Below are positions 12,901 to 26,103 of a stretch of DNA of 64,000 bases, piece by piece; the first letter of the stretch is position 1; every line of letters starts with the position of its first letter. The translations under genes and the position numbers were made by a program. Origin of the DNA: Felis catus (Eukaryota); contig NC_058368.1 in assembly GCF_018350175.1 (NCBI RefSeq), positions 212,848,001 to 212,912,000 on the forward strand. The letters are read 5' to 3'. Under the pieces are notes generated by a model. That model searched no databases, was not told where the DNA came from, and saw only the letters and a program-made list of their open reading frames with translations.

Positions 12901-15246
12901 CTGTGGAGGAAGACAAAACACTTCCCAGAACATTTCCTTCCTTCTGAGGTTTTTCCTGGCTGAGAAGGCCCCGGTTAAGGTGAGTTTCAAGTTCTCCTCA
13001 GCCTGGTCCTTGTTTATGCAATGCTCACATACAACCCTTCCCCTCTGCTTAGCTCCTTCTCTGCTTTGAAGGATGTCCTCATTGAGAAGGTGTCTGCTCA
13101 ACAGAAGGTTGTTCACTAAATATCCTATCTTCAGAGGCAGATCTAGTTTCAGCCCTATGGGTGGATTCAGAATGAGGCACAAATATAGACTAGTGGAAGC
13201 TCAGAGGAACTAAAGAAGCCACCATTCCATTCTGTTCAGTGTAATGGTTGCAAATCAGACTGATCAAAGATGCCCAGAGGAAAGGATTCCTGATTCTCAT
13301 GCTTTTGCCCTTCCACCACACTGCCCGAGCCCAACAAGTTATACTCTGTATGTTGTAAAACTGGCGGAAGACAATTAACCTTCCTCTGAGGAAGCAGGAC
13401 GTTAGGATCCCACAGTAGTAACTGTCAAACACAAAAAAGATATCTGAGTAAACCAGGTATGCAAGCACAGTCCTGTGCTATGACAAATTCAATCATAGCA
13501 ATGAAGGAGACAGCTGAACATGTTCATGCCTGACATGAATTTCATTCCTTGATAAACGTTCCTGTCATGTCAGGTTGGCCTGTGGAAGAACATTACTCTG
13601 GATAACCTTGTCTTCTTACGAGTCTATTTAGACAACAGTTTAGAAATACTATGGACAGTTGCATGTAGCCTTTGATTCTGGTTAACAGGCTTGATTTCAG
13701 TTAAACTGTATGAAATTTGTCAAAACATGATTTTTCCCCAAGTTACATAAAGGCTCCAAGTTTACTTCGTTTGGTTTAGACTATTAAAGTGTTAAATTTA
13801 TCACACTGTGAAAAAGATGAGGCTGCACTCCTGGGTCCTTCCATTTTCCCGAGACATGCCCTTGGGTTCTCCTCATTGGCCACAGAAATTTAAAGATAAA
13901 ATCCCATGAAGAACATTTTGCTCTCTTCTAGGGAGCAAAATGAGAACAGCAAGGGGAAAGGAAAGCAGCTTTGTCCAGGAAGGAGCCCTGTGAGGGTCAG
14001 AGTTGAGAACAACCTCAATTTGTCTGAGCTGTTACTATAGATTTAAAATATATAGCCAAGCAGTGTTTTTGGCTGATTTCCCATGGGCATATATGCTCCA
14101 AATTCCTAGCTCATCTATCAAGAGCTGTAAGTGTTTAATGTTGCTTAAGACACTATGGGTGTTGCCAATACAGTCTTCCCTTCAGGGAACATTTTTCCCC
14201 TTGTAAGTTTTCATTTTGGCTTGTTTGAGGCAAAGGCTTTAACAACACATCAAGTATTTTTCTCTGGGTATCACCACACCCTGACTGCTCCTCCTTATTC
14301 TATACCTCATAACATATAGAAATGAGTCTTTTCATCCATTGTTCCATTCACTAAGCCTTTAAGGATTGTATTTGTTCCAGACACTAAGCTAGAGAACTTA
14401 GGCAAGTGGGAGAGATCAACAAGTCAACACAAAACCATAATCCAAGGTGATTATTGCTAAGAGATTTAGAACAAAGTGCTTTTGGAATATTTTTCAACAA
14501 TTTTGTCCTCAACTAAATTATGGGCTCATCTCAGTGATTTTATCTTCTTAGACTCTTACTATACCCCAACTATAAATATCTCTCATTTAGTTCGGTTCTT
14601 TCTAGAAGAACATTATTCTTTACTTTTTCCAATGGATGAGCCTAGAAGGTCTGTTTTACACAAAGCCACTAATTCTTTATTCTGTTATAGCTCTCATATA
14701 GTCCCTATAACATAAAGGTCATTGGGAGATTTTTTTTTACCCTCTCCTCTAAGGTACCACGCCATTCCAAATAATAGCTAAGAATCACATGGGCTTTTGT
14801 GCCCTGAAATTCATTCAAGAGGAAGAGAGGTCTTCTTTTTGAAGGATTCTATGCAAAATATTAAAGATGTGAATTCAGTCACTGACCTCCCAAGCAGAGG
14901 GTTCTTTCAAAACAGGAAGAAGTGGCAGCTAAATGTTCTTTCAGTAAAATCATCTGAAAGCATAAACACAGGAATTCCACTGCCTTAATTTATTGATCTC
15001 CAATGCCTCTGATGGCTAAAAGAGGTGATCTCACATTGTTAATTTGGATGGGTAACTATCTTACTTGAGTTCTTGCAACAAGGCATTATTTGGAATATGT
15101 TGGAGGAAAGAAAAAGTAATGCCAGTTCTTTAGAACAATTATGGAGAAACTGCCAATGAAGCTGGCATTTCTTTATAAACAGTTGGCTTCAAATGAGCCA
15201 GAGATTAATGGACTGGAAGCAGAAATGACCTCATCAGCTTTCACCT

Positions 15247-15260
15247 TGACGTCAGGAAAC
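15247..15260 (+). promoter_or_regulatory. Perfect CRE palindrome abutting an ETS core (TGACGTCAGGAAAC)
   Basis: TGACGTCA at 15247-15254 retains its CpG in a CpG-poor region; TGACCTCA lies just upstream. Motif only, function not shown. Confidence 0.3.
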
Positions 15261-15849
15261 TACTATTGCTTGCTCTTCCCTCTTTCAAACAAAGGGACTC
15301 AAAGCTCTTGGTGAGTCCATTTCCCTATTCCTATCACCAAAATGCCCTCATGCATTTAAATGTCAATGCCTCTCTAAAGGGACCTCGGCCCTGCTGAACC
15401 AGGAAGAGCTAGAGCAAACAGATGCTTATCTGCAGGACCAGAGGAACAAACTGCTCCCCGGTCTGAACTGAGTCTGCAGCGGAGCCAGGCAACACGAGGA
15501 TACTGTCTGGCAGGAGGCCATGGTGCGGCCCTCTGTAGAGGCCCAGCGCCCTGAAAGAGTTCATTCACTCCACATGGGTGAGCAATTTCCTCTCAAGTGG
15601 CTACTCACCAATGGCAGACCCAATTACAGACAAGATTGATGAGTCTGCCTGCAGTGCTGAATCTACCTTAGTTCCTTTTTTTCACTTTGAAAACAAATCT
15701 TCACACACAAGAATTAAAGCTCTGGGGCAAATTTCATCTCAAATAATGGGATGATTTCTTTAAATGGAGGGAAAAAGGAAACAAAGAAGAAAGTCACAAA
15801 AAATATTGCAGAAAGTAACTCAGGAAGCAATGACTTCCACACCTCCCTC

Positions 15850-15851
<2 letters not shown>

Positions 15852-15897
<46 letters not shown>
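15852..15897. repeat. (CA)n microsatellite
   Basis: About 23 AC units. Confidence 0.95.
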
Positions 15898-15898
<1 letters not shown>

Positions 15899-16165
15899 AG
15901 AAGGGCAATAATTCTCAGGGCCAAGAGTTGAAGACACTTTCTTACTAGTGTGGGAAAAGCCATAAGCTCTGCCCACAGGAATGACATGGGCTCTGTTTGC
16001 ATTCTCTCCCTTCCTGGCTTCAATTCCTGCGGCCTGGGTCTGAAACTAAAGGGAAGAGTTTGTCTTTGTCCCATTTTATCTAGAATAACTTCTTGCTAGA
16101 GTTGCATTGGAATCCCAAGCCTTCTCCATTCCTTCCAGAGAATTTCTTCCAAGCATTTTTCTTCC

Positions 16166-16728
16166 AGAGCCAGCTATATAACTTATGGGACCCTATGAAA
16201 AACGCAAATGTGATATCCTGGTCCACAAAAGCAAGAAATAAAGTTTTTCCTTTCTTTTGTGGTCTTTCAGTCTGTCAAATGTGGTGTGGAGGTGGGGAGT
16301 TATTTGCTATTTAATGTTGCATTCCCTTGAGTGCAACAGGGAGCTTCCAGGTGAATTCACAGGTGTCTGGGGCCTCACCCCACAGTGTAGGGTGCATATG
16401 CTTGACCCCAATCCTCTTCCCATCCATGCCCATGCCCCACCAGGGGTAGAAGAGAGCAACAATAACTGAACACTCTCAGGGAATGGGAGACAGAGAACCC
16501 ATCCAAAAGAGATGATGGTGGATAAGAGCACAGGTAAATCAAGGCTCCAAACCCCTGTGCAAGCTTCATTGAACCTTCAGACTTCACTTACAAAACACAA
16601 ATTCAAAGATAAAATTATCTAGAATTTCAGGATGACAACTACAGAGCATTAAACCCCAAGTATGAAGCCCTTTCTGAGCATAGGACCCTGTGCAGCTGTG
16701 CCGATTGCCCACTCAGGAAGCCAGCCCA
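16166..16728 (-). mobile_element. MER45-family hAT (Tip100) non-autonomous DNA transposon
   Basis: Termini 'cagagccagctatataactt' and 'gaagccagcccag'; internal 'cttcacttacaaaacacaaattcaaagataaaattat' and 'agagcattaaacc' match recalled MER45 in reverse. Confidence 0.7.
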
Positions 16729-16999
16729 GTTTTCTTCTAAAATAGGAGATATGGATATGAAGGTGAAAACTGTGAGAGTTTCCTCAAATATATAGATTTA
16801 GATAAACAGAATTTCAGGATGACAACTACAGAGCATTAAACCCCAAGTATGAAGCCCTTTCTGAGCATAGGACCCTGTGCAGCTGTGCCGATTGCCCACT
16901 CAGGAAGCCAGCCCAGTTTTCTTCTAAAACAGGAGATATGGATATGAAGGTGAAAACTGTGAGAGTTTCCTCAAATATATAGATTTAGATAAACAGAAT
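16621..16999. repeat. 187-bp tandem duplication (16621-16807 / 16808-16994), 1 mismatch, AGAAT junction microhomology
   Basis: Direct comparison; only difference seen is T16743 vs C16930. Confidence 0.95.
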
Positions 17000-18882
17000 A
17001 CATACACACGTACATTTATATGTGTGTAACCAACTCTTCCCTGTATTTCTTAAGTTAGTTGCTCAGATACAGATTTACTGAGACAAAAGTATAGAAAGTA
17101 TAGACATTGTTGGGGCACTTGATGCACATTGATGGATTACCTTGCTGAAGGGTGTGGTCACTTCCAATGCCACCACAAACCCTAGCAGAGCAAGTTGACT
17201 ACCTCCGTTTAGGCACTGGGGGGCACAGTATGTTGGTAAATAGTTTTGTTCATTTAATATAAAAAAGTTAACCTACTTTTATTTTCATTTTAATTAAAAT
17301 ATTATTTTATGTACTTTATGTCTGAAATATGTTGAAACTTTGAAAACCATCAAAAGTTTTAAAAATTAAAGCATGCTATTTAGTGATGCAACAGACAGTA
17401 TTATAAAATGTCACCTTTCATGTTAATCTTAATGGGCAAGTTTCTATCTAGCAGAAAAGAAGAGAAAAAGAAAAGGAAAGGGAAAGTTAAACCTCAGTGG
17501 GGAAGTGTCTTACCTAAAGTCATTGTTGTAAAATGCACCAGATGGATCCATCACCTGTCCTTGCAATAGGACAAACACATCTGGTTCCATGGCATTATCA
17601 GCTTTCATCATAAGTCCTTCATCACTTGCTGCTTTTACTTGGTTACTTTTACGTGTGTTTTATTCCCCATTCTTCCATCCTCAAACAAGCATAAGCCCCT
17701 AGGGTTTGGTGCAGCTTTGTGTAATCCCACAATGCTTACTAGCACAATGATAGGTACATAGTCATCACACTTTCTAAAAACGTCAGAAAAATTCATTCAA
17801 CTTATACATGCTGAGGTCCCTCATCCATCATATGTAGCTATTACTAGATTTATCAGTTTTAGGGAGAATCATATGGTAACCATAAATTAAAAGATAACTA
17901 ATTAAATCCAAAAACATTTGTTTTATTTACATATGTACATACATGCATACATGTGTAGGCATATGTATGTAGACACATGCCTACAGGAAAATGACATTTG
18001 GTAAAACTGCAATGCCTGCACTATTCACAGCATACAGTAGTTGCATTTTCCCCTAAATTGTTCCCTAATTAATATGTAAATTCAGGAAATTTAGGATGTA
18101 ATGGAAAAATAGTTTTTAAATTGCAATAAAACTGTGTATAGAGAGAGAAAGACAGTTTACAATACATTATACATTAAAAGTTTACAAATATTGAGATGAA
18201 GCTAATAAAAAGATGAAGTCAAACATATCTTCAAACGTGTTAAAGCTGAATACTAATCTTTTTCCTAGCCAAAGTTGAAACCAATAATAATAAATATAGG
18301 CAACTTAACACAAAACATACTACAAATGGGAAAAAAAAAATATTTTTAAAGGAGATTCACCAGGCAGTGCAGATACTAAATATAAGCATTCTGGCCAGTA
18401 AGAAACTCTGCATATAGATATAGATGTAGATATAGACATAGACAGAAAGATATATATACTGGATAATTCAAAGTATTTTCATCACTGTGTTCTTGGAGAA
18501 GAGAAGATGCTATATAGAATACTAACATAAAAACAAAGTTTATAAAGCATTTCGTATGTGAAAAGTATTCTGAGTTATTTTATTTCATTCTCACAACAAT
18601 CCTAAGGAGATAGAGACTGTTACCTGCTGTCTTGCTGAGGAGGGCACCAAGACTCAGGAAGACGAAGTAAGGTAGTAAACAGTGGAATCAGAATATGAAC
18701 CCAAGCAACAAACAATCCAGCTTTAAATTCTGTTTGTCTGCCTCTCATGATGTTATTAGTGGATTCACTCTCTTTAAAGCCTGGACCAGGCCAGCAACTT
18801 CTCCTTGCCTAGGAAGCCAGTTCATAGGATTGCCAGATTTAGCAAATTAAAAATACAGGATGCCCAGTTAAAATTGAACTTC

Positions 18883-19097
18883 GGGGGTGCCTGGGTGGCT
18901 CAGTTGGTTAAGCGGCTGACTCTTGATTTGGGCTCGGGTCATGGTCTCATGGTTCATGAGTTCAAGCCCTTCACTGGACTCTGTGCTGTCAATGCAGAGC
19001 CTGCTTCGGATTCCCTCCGTCCCTCTCTTTCTGCCCCTCCCTGACTCACACATGCACACACTCTCTCTCTCTTTCAAAATAATAAATAAATTTTTTA
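18883..19097 (+). mobile_element. Can-SINE (tRNA-derived), TSD AAAATTGAACTTC
   Basis: GGGTGCCTGGGTGGCTCAG head, (CT)n region, A-tail; TSD at 18870-18882 and 19098-19110. Confidence 0.95.
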
Positions 19098-19189
19098 AAA
19101 ATTGAACTTCAGATAAATAATACATTTTTTTTAGTATAACAATGTCCCAATATTGCATGGGACATACTTATGTTAAAATATGATTCATC

Positions 19190-19453
19190 AGGGTACCTGG
19201 GTGGCTCAGTCAGTTAAGCTTCGGACTTTGGCTCAGGTCATGATCTCACAGCTCATGAGTTTGAGCTCCACATCAGGCTCTGTGCTGACAGCTCAGAGCC
19301 TGGAGCCTGTTTAGGAGCTTCTCCCTCTCCTTCTCCCTCTCCCTCTCTCTGTGTCTCCCTCTCTCTCTACCCCTCCCCCGCTCATGCTCTGTCTCTCTCT
19401 CTCTCTCTCTCAAAAATTAATAAATATTTAAAAATTTTTAATAAAAAAAATAA
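19190..19453 (+). mobile_element. Can-SINE, TSD ATGATTCAT
   Basis: Head 'gggtacctgggtggctcagtcagttaag', expanded CT region; TSD at 19180-19188 and 19454-19462. Confidence 0.95.
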
Positions 19454-20519
19454 ATGATTCATTATTTACCCGTAATTCAAATTTAACTAAATGTCCTGTA
19501 TTTTATCTTGCAACCCTACTGGCTTGCCATTTCCTAATACCCCTGAGTGACCATCACAGTTTCTTAAATGACAGCAATGTGGCTTTTTGAAAAAGAAGAA
19601 TAAATCTAGGTTGAAGTTGGCATCAGAGACAAGGGCAAACCCTGTTTCCATAGATAAAATCTCTACTTCTTAGCAGCCAAAACAAAAATCCCTCTTAAGA
19701 TCACAGATTGGGCCAAACAGCCCCAGTGAACCTCTCCTCCTATAGGCCCTGTAAACCTTAATATTTACAGAATAGGGGCCTCTGACCTTTATACTTCTCA
19801 CCTTGTAAATAATGATAACATTTCACTGGCTTGTTTTGAAGGTCAAGTGAGGTTATGTATGTAAACATTTACTGTAAATGCTGCTTGGGGACTTGTGTTT
19901 GGGGACATATAAAATTAAGAAGTTATGTCATTTTTTTCCAAGAACCAAGAATAAATGCTGTTAATCCAAGCCACTTTCAGTGTACATATAAACCAGGAAG
20001 CCTAATATTTAAACAGATTAAGATAAAACCTAACACACTTGAAAGTGTATTTTTTTAAAAAAAGGAAGATGTAAATTTTGAAATCAGTTATAAAAGTCAC
20101 TTAGTGTCTGTTCAAGCAGCCATATAGAAGTAAAAATAATCTGTTTAATTCTTTATTTCCATTATTATTCAGTGTCAACTATTTTTAAATGATGTGATAC
20201 CAAAAGCAAATAATATTATTAAAGATTATCCTTTTTTCTCTTTTTAGCCAAAAAGTTACCAAGACACTGTTACACAGAACAAAGATTTAATAAAAATTGC
20301 TGATAGCCAAGAGTAATATGGGAAGAGTAAAAATAAATGTTATATACCTACAGGATAATAATAAAACAAATGATTTTTTAGTGAATTTTTAACTTACCAA
20401 CATTTTTCAGATATTTGCTCAAATCCTTGTCTTTTTAGAAAAGTCTTGGGTTTTTTTTTTTCCAGAAGTCTTCCCAAATGAAGATTTCATTCTTTTCTGT
20501 TTGGAGGGAAACATTTTAC

Positions 20520-20521
20520 GA

Positions 20522-20580
<59 letters not shown>

Positions 20581-20602
20581 GAAGGAAGGAAGGAAGGAAG
20601 GA

Positions 20603-20682
<80 letters not shown>

Positions 20683-20684
20683 AA
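20520..20684. repeat. (GAAA)n(GGAA)n(GAAA)n tetranucleotide microsatellite
   Basis: About 165 bp pure-purine tract. Confidence 0.97.
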
Positions 20685-20989
20685 ACACCACTGAAGAAAA
20701 CTTAATTGAATAGAAATCTCAAATATTCACGTTGGATTGATTAACTGGAGCAGTTTCTTCCCCCAAATTCCTTTGTAAACTAGCAGCATCAATCTGACCA
20801 GGGTCAGAATATGTGAACTATAACTCTACTACTAGAAACTTCTAAAATAGTTTGAAGAAGCTTTAGGGAGTTTGAAGAGAAATGATGGAGATACACAGCA
20901 GAGAAAGCAAACTGAAGCTGGTGAAACTGAGCATAATCTTTGTGGCTTCAGACAGCAGGCAGCTGAGGAGATGGGGTTGAAAGGAAAAG

Positions 20990-21160
20990 AATATAGACCT
21001 TGCAAGAGGAAAACATGAATTCCTGTCCTCCCTCCACTACTAACTTGCTATAACATTGGGCAAATCACTCAATCCCTCTGAGCCTGTGTTTTCCCATTTT
21101 TAAAACAAAGACAATAATATGTCACAGGGATATTATAATGTGAAAATGAGGTAATGTGGC
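20990..21160 (+). mobile_element. MIR SINE relic
   Basis: 'ttgggcaaatcactcaatccctctgagcctgtgttttcccatttttaaaa'. Confidence 0.65.
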
Positions 21161-22930
21161 AAAAAAATTACACTTATTTAAAGTTAATAAGTGGTTGTTA
21201 TAAACAACATTCTTACAGTATTTATAAGCAGTAGAACCTAAAGGCTAGATGCTCAGGAAAGAGGGGATTCAATGAGGGGAGATATCATAGGCAGAATTCA
21301 AGAACTTCATACAGTGGAGTTCATTTGGGTATAGGAGGAAGAAACTGGGGTTGGAAAGGTAGATACAGCCTCAAGAAAATGAATTATAGTTCCAGAAAGT
21401 TCTGATGTTAATTTTGACATAGACCTGGAAATTATTGTAAAGACTTCTATTGTCTGTACATTCATAACTAAAGCCATTATACATATAACTGGCCCTACCA
21501 AATCTCTTCACACAAGAACAGCCTCATTTGTGTTGTGCCTGAGTCTACTGAGTGGAGACAACCCAAGATAGAAGCAGTGACTCAGGAAAGCATTAAAAAA
21601 AAAAAAAAAAGTTATAGCTTTGGAGGAGAAATCTGTGATTGGCTGTGATGGAGGGAAGTTTCTCAACTGTCGACCAAAACAAATAGTTGCATTCTGCCTG
21701 GATGATTTCATGTTTTGCAATGGTTCCAAATTAGAAACAGTTGGCAAACAATCAAATCAAATCACATTATGAGTTCAGTCTCATCTCTTCCCTCTGCTGC
21801 CCTGCAGGTAGGAATGAGGGATGAATGAGCCACCAAATACCATGTCCCCCAAATTTCAGGGATGCATAAAAGGTCTTCTGAATTATTTTACTGAAGTCTC
21901 CTCCTCAACTTGACTTAGGGTGAAAGGAAGTCAGTCTCTGACTCCACCCCAGGATGGGGGCTATCCCCACCACACCAAAATTATTCTCCAGAAATGTGCT
22001 CCTATCTGCCTTGTCAATCTCATTAACTCATAGCCTTCTGAAAAATATAACCTCTTATATGAGCTAATAATGGCAGACCTGGATCAATCACTTTGCAAAT
22101 CCTACATAAACAGTCTGATAACCTCACTCTAGAATGTAGGTGTTGACACCTATTTTTTTACTCTTGATTTTATGGGCCTCTAGCAAAATAGACATTAATA
22201 AAATTCTCAAATTAACATTCCATTTTGTTAGTATGTTGATAGAAACATCTAAAGGAATGTACACAAAACTATATACAGTGATTTTCATGAAGTGGAGGTA
22301 ATCACAAGGGACTTTAACTTTCTACATGACACAGTTCTGCTAAATTCAAATTTGTATATGTATTTCTTACTTTTGTGATAAGGAAAAAAATCACTAATAT
22401 GAATGTCCCCAAAATCCTAACTTAAGGTATTCACAAAGAATGTTGAGTTGATTATGAATCTCTCCTTGGGAAGAAAATAGACTCCAGCTTCAAGACATGA
22501 AGTTTCAAAAGATGACATCAGCTCCCTGCCCTCTCTCCCTCCAAAACTTGGCTTTGTCTTCCTCTGAGTTGGCTTCAATCCTGGGCAGACTATCTCCATG
22601 TGGAAGCAAATATGCCTCCCAAAAGCTTTAAGTTTACCTGGTTTCTTGGTCCTCACAACGTCAGAAATAAAGAGAGTCTCTCCTTCATAGAGTTTACAGT
22701 GATCTCTCCCACTCCAAAGATTCTCAGTGGCCCTGCTAGGATCTCTGGACCAATCACTGTGTCCAAAGGGTGGAGCACTATGACTGGTAAGCCTAGGTTA
22801 AGTGGCTTGGCCACTTAGTGGCTCACCAAGTGGCAGGTGATATAAGATCTGCTTGATTGTCAGCCCCATCTAAAATATATGTAAAAGGGAAGAGGATGTT
22901 TCCTAAAGTGGTATAGGGCCAGCCCAAAAA

Positions 22931-22979
22931 ATACATACATACATACATACATACATACATACATACATACATACATACA
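22931..22979. repeat. (ATAC)n microsatellite
   Basis: About 12 units. Confidence 0.95.
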
Positions 22980-23250
22980 AAAAACAAAAGAAGGAGAAGG
23001 AAAGAAAGCAGGAAGGAAGGAAGGACAGAGGAAGAGAGGGAGGGAGGGAGGAAAGGAATAAAGTAAAAATGACTTACTACCTCAGAGATGCTCCATCTAT
23101 AGGAAACATTTATTAACTACCAACTGCAATGTTGATACCAAAGATCTTTAGAAAACTAGGATTTAACATTGAAAATTTTAGCTATAAGGGGCTTCAAAGA
23201 TCCAAGATAAGATGGCATATAATAAATTCCATAGTGATAATGTTTCCTAC

Positions 23251-23617
23251 ATTGGTGGATCCCAAACTTTATTGTGCATTAGAAGCACTTGAGGAGTGCC
23301 TGGGTGGCTCAATCGGTTGAGTGTCTGACTCTTGATTTCACCTGAGATCATGATCCCAGGATCGTAGGATCAAGCCCCACATCAGCTCTGTTCTGAGCTT
23401 GGAACCTGCTTAGGATTCTCTCTCTCTCCCTCTGCCCCTCTCCCCTGCTCACACTCTCTCTAAAATAAAAATAAAAATAAAAAAAGAACACTTGGGAAAC
23501 ATAACTAAAACATGGATTACTGGCCCAGTAAATCTGGGGTGGGACCCAAGAGTGTATGTTCTTAGGAAGTTCCCAAGTGATGCTGATGTTTTGAGGATCA
23601 TACTTTGAAAACCACTG
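23251..23617. mobile_element. MER5A-like hAT-Charlie MITE interrupted by a Can-SINE
   Basis: 'gtggatcccaaactttattgtgcattagaa' ... 'tctggggtgggacccaaga...gtgatgctgatg...tactttgaaaaccactg'. Confidence 0.7.
23293..23484 (+). mobile_element. Can-SINE (older subfamily), degenerate TSD AGAA(G)CACTTG
   Basis: Head 'ggagtgcctgggtggctcaatcggttgag', CT region, (TAAAA)n tail. Confidence 0.92.
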
Positions 23618-25889
23618 CCCCACATCAAAGGATTTCATGAAGACAAAGTAGATCATGTAAGTAAAGTGGCTACTTCTAATTTGAATCTCTGGTTCAGCAA
23701 GAGTGGTAACCTTATTTGATGAATGAGTTAATTCAACTTCTGCATCTCAATTAGTGGTGTTCTTGAGTTTAGGAAAACTATAAAATCAATGTATTCTTTA
23801 GAATTATCAAGATTTGGTGTTCAAAGAAGTTTAACCAAGGGTCCACTCTGGAGAATGAGAGTCAATGTCAGATGCTAGTTCTCTGACTGAAGCTAATGCC
23901 TGAAGCAAATGACCCATCCTTACCTTTCCCCACTGCTGCCTCATCCTATGAAAAATAATGCAAAGCATGGTCAAGTCAAGGACACCATTAGAAAGAAGGC
24001 AGCAAAACAGACAGAAAAGACACCAAGGGCTTTAAACTCAAGATGCTTTCATCTCCAAAACAGCATGTTCTTTCTCTTTGGTTCATCCAGTATTTCTGAC
24101 GGAACTGAAATTCTTCTCTGGCATCCAAAAAAGATTTATGACTGAAAAAGAACAGATTTTACCTGGCAGTGGGTGCGTGCAAGGTTTGTTCTCTTTCATA
24201 GCATGCCCAATTGCTCTTTATTTTGCAGATGCTAATATTAGATTCAGTTAATCATTGCACATTCCTTTTATTAGGTGAGGAGCTACATTCTTGAAACCAC
24301 TTTCAAGAAAACAATCCTTCACTTCCAGACCACCCTGAGTTGTAGACTTGGGGTTTCGGCAGCGGTAGCACTGCTGGGTCATGTGGTAGATGTCTGGGCA
24401 GCCCAGAGACATCTGTTCTTCAGCCTCAACCCTTTGCAAGTGGTTCAGGAACTTCCTCTTTTCATGTTAACTTGGCCTAAGGTTGTTCCCTCTACAAACA
24501 TCCAGAAGGTGTTAGTACCACCAGAATATCAGAGTTTATTGCCACTTTCCTCTATGGGCAAAATCAGCCTGTAATGAAGGCAAGCCTGCTGGAATAGGAT
24601 GTATTCAATCTACTCTATTTGAAGGCCCTAGTTCAAACAAGTTAGGTCCATCTGAGTTTTGTACTAAATCTAAAATAGTTAGACCATATTAGTTCTATTA
24701 GTTCTCAGTGAATATGTCTTGATTCTAATAGCCATTTCTAAGTTGATAATTGGCAAATTAGTAGCAAATTTGCTGTAGAAACATTGTGGTTAGATTCTGA
24801 GCCAACCCCCAGATGCTTCCTTAACTCATTTTTCTCCTGAAGTACAGTACTATGTATATAGTGCCTTGAAATCTCATCACCACTTGCAGCTAGCTGCTTT
24901 TGAAATGAAAACATCCCAAATTCCAGCTCAGGGCTGCAGAAGCTGTGCCAGCACTCTCCTTCACTCCCTTCTGGTCCAGCTGCGGGACTCTGCAGAACCC
25001 CCAGCAGTGATATGGGAATCCCAGAAAAAGGAGAGGGGGTTCTGTGGGGGACATGAGGTGCTGGCAGCAACAGAATCTAAGCCTTCAGTGAACATCAGCA
25101 AGCAGCAGCAGGTGTGCACAGTTCACATGGGGGTCCCAGTCCTTGCCAAGTGGCAATGATGGTGGAAACGAGGAGTAAGGAAACAGGAGAAGGAAAAGGT
25201 GGCCCCTCACAGGAACAGTGATGCCTGCAGGGAGATAAGCTTCTGGCTTGGCCTCCAGTTCACAACAAAATAGTTCAGAGTCTTGAATTAGGAAGTGGTC
25301 CATTTGACGACCATGAACAAACACACACACAACACAACACAACACAACACATGTTGCCAACAAGATCCTTAGGGCAATTGCTTCACCAAAAAATAAATAA
25401 ATAAAATGATGTATAATTGGCACATCAATTTGAAACATAAATCTTTCCAATATGCTTGAAAATCATTTGTTCCCTTCAGTCTTTTAGCACCTACTTCTCT
25501 GCCCACCCCCAGATTCCATTATCAGACCTCACCCCGTGACTATTTATTGAGAACCTACTCCGTGCCAAGACTAACCTCATGTATCTACTGTTAGTTTGCA
25601 CAACATACAAATCTTCTGCTATATATCAGAAATAAACTCACTTGCCCAGTTCTTTCCCACATACTGCGTCTGGGCCCCCTCCTTCTCTTCTCTTTTGCTC
25701 TTTCTCTTGTCTAAAGTTAATTCAATCTGACTGGCCTTCCTAGGAGGCCTTGTGGGTGCTGCTTATTCTAGAATCCCACTCCTGGTCATATCCCAAGCCC
25801 AAATGGACAAGACTCCCCCTTCCTCCCCGAATAAGGAAGCAGACATCAGTCCTGGCTGCAGCGAGACTGCATGACTATGAAATAGGTGA

Positions 25890-26103
25890 TGGGGCATCTG
25901 GGTGGCTCAGTTGGGCGTCCAACTTCAGCTCAGGTCACGATGTCACAGTTCGTGGGTTGAAGCCCCACATCGGGCTCTGTGCTGACAGCTTGGAGCCTGG
26001 AGCCTGCTTCTGATTCTGTGTCTCCCTCTCTCTCTGCCCCTCCCCTGCTCACGCTGTCTGTCTCTGTCTCTCAAAAATTTTAAAAATGCATTAAAAAAAA
26101 AAA
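25890..26103 (+). mobile_element. Can-SINE
   Basis: 'ggggcatctgggtggctcag...gagcctggagcctgcttctgattctgtgtctccctctctc', A-tail. Confidence 0.95.

Larger units (their letters stand above)
18825..19518. mobile_element. MER53 palindromic hAT MITE interrupted by two Can-SINEs
   Basis: TIRs 'taggattgccagattt' / 'ttttatcttgcaacccta'; central inverted repeat atgtccca...tgggacat at 19142-19165. Confidence 0.85.

Noticed and set aside
17954..17985. Hairpin TGTAGGCAT...ATGCCTACA as a small RNA
   Set aside because: Too short for a pre-miRNA and embedded in self-complementary (RY)n low-complexity sequence.
18883..18960. tRNA genes at SINE heads (also the other seven SINEs)
   Set aside because: The A/B boxes belong to tRNA-derived Can-SINEs with CT tracts, A-tails and TSDs; not tRNAs.
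20419..20713. KERK/FFLS repeat ORFs
   Set aside because: Translations of the (GAAA)n microsatellite.
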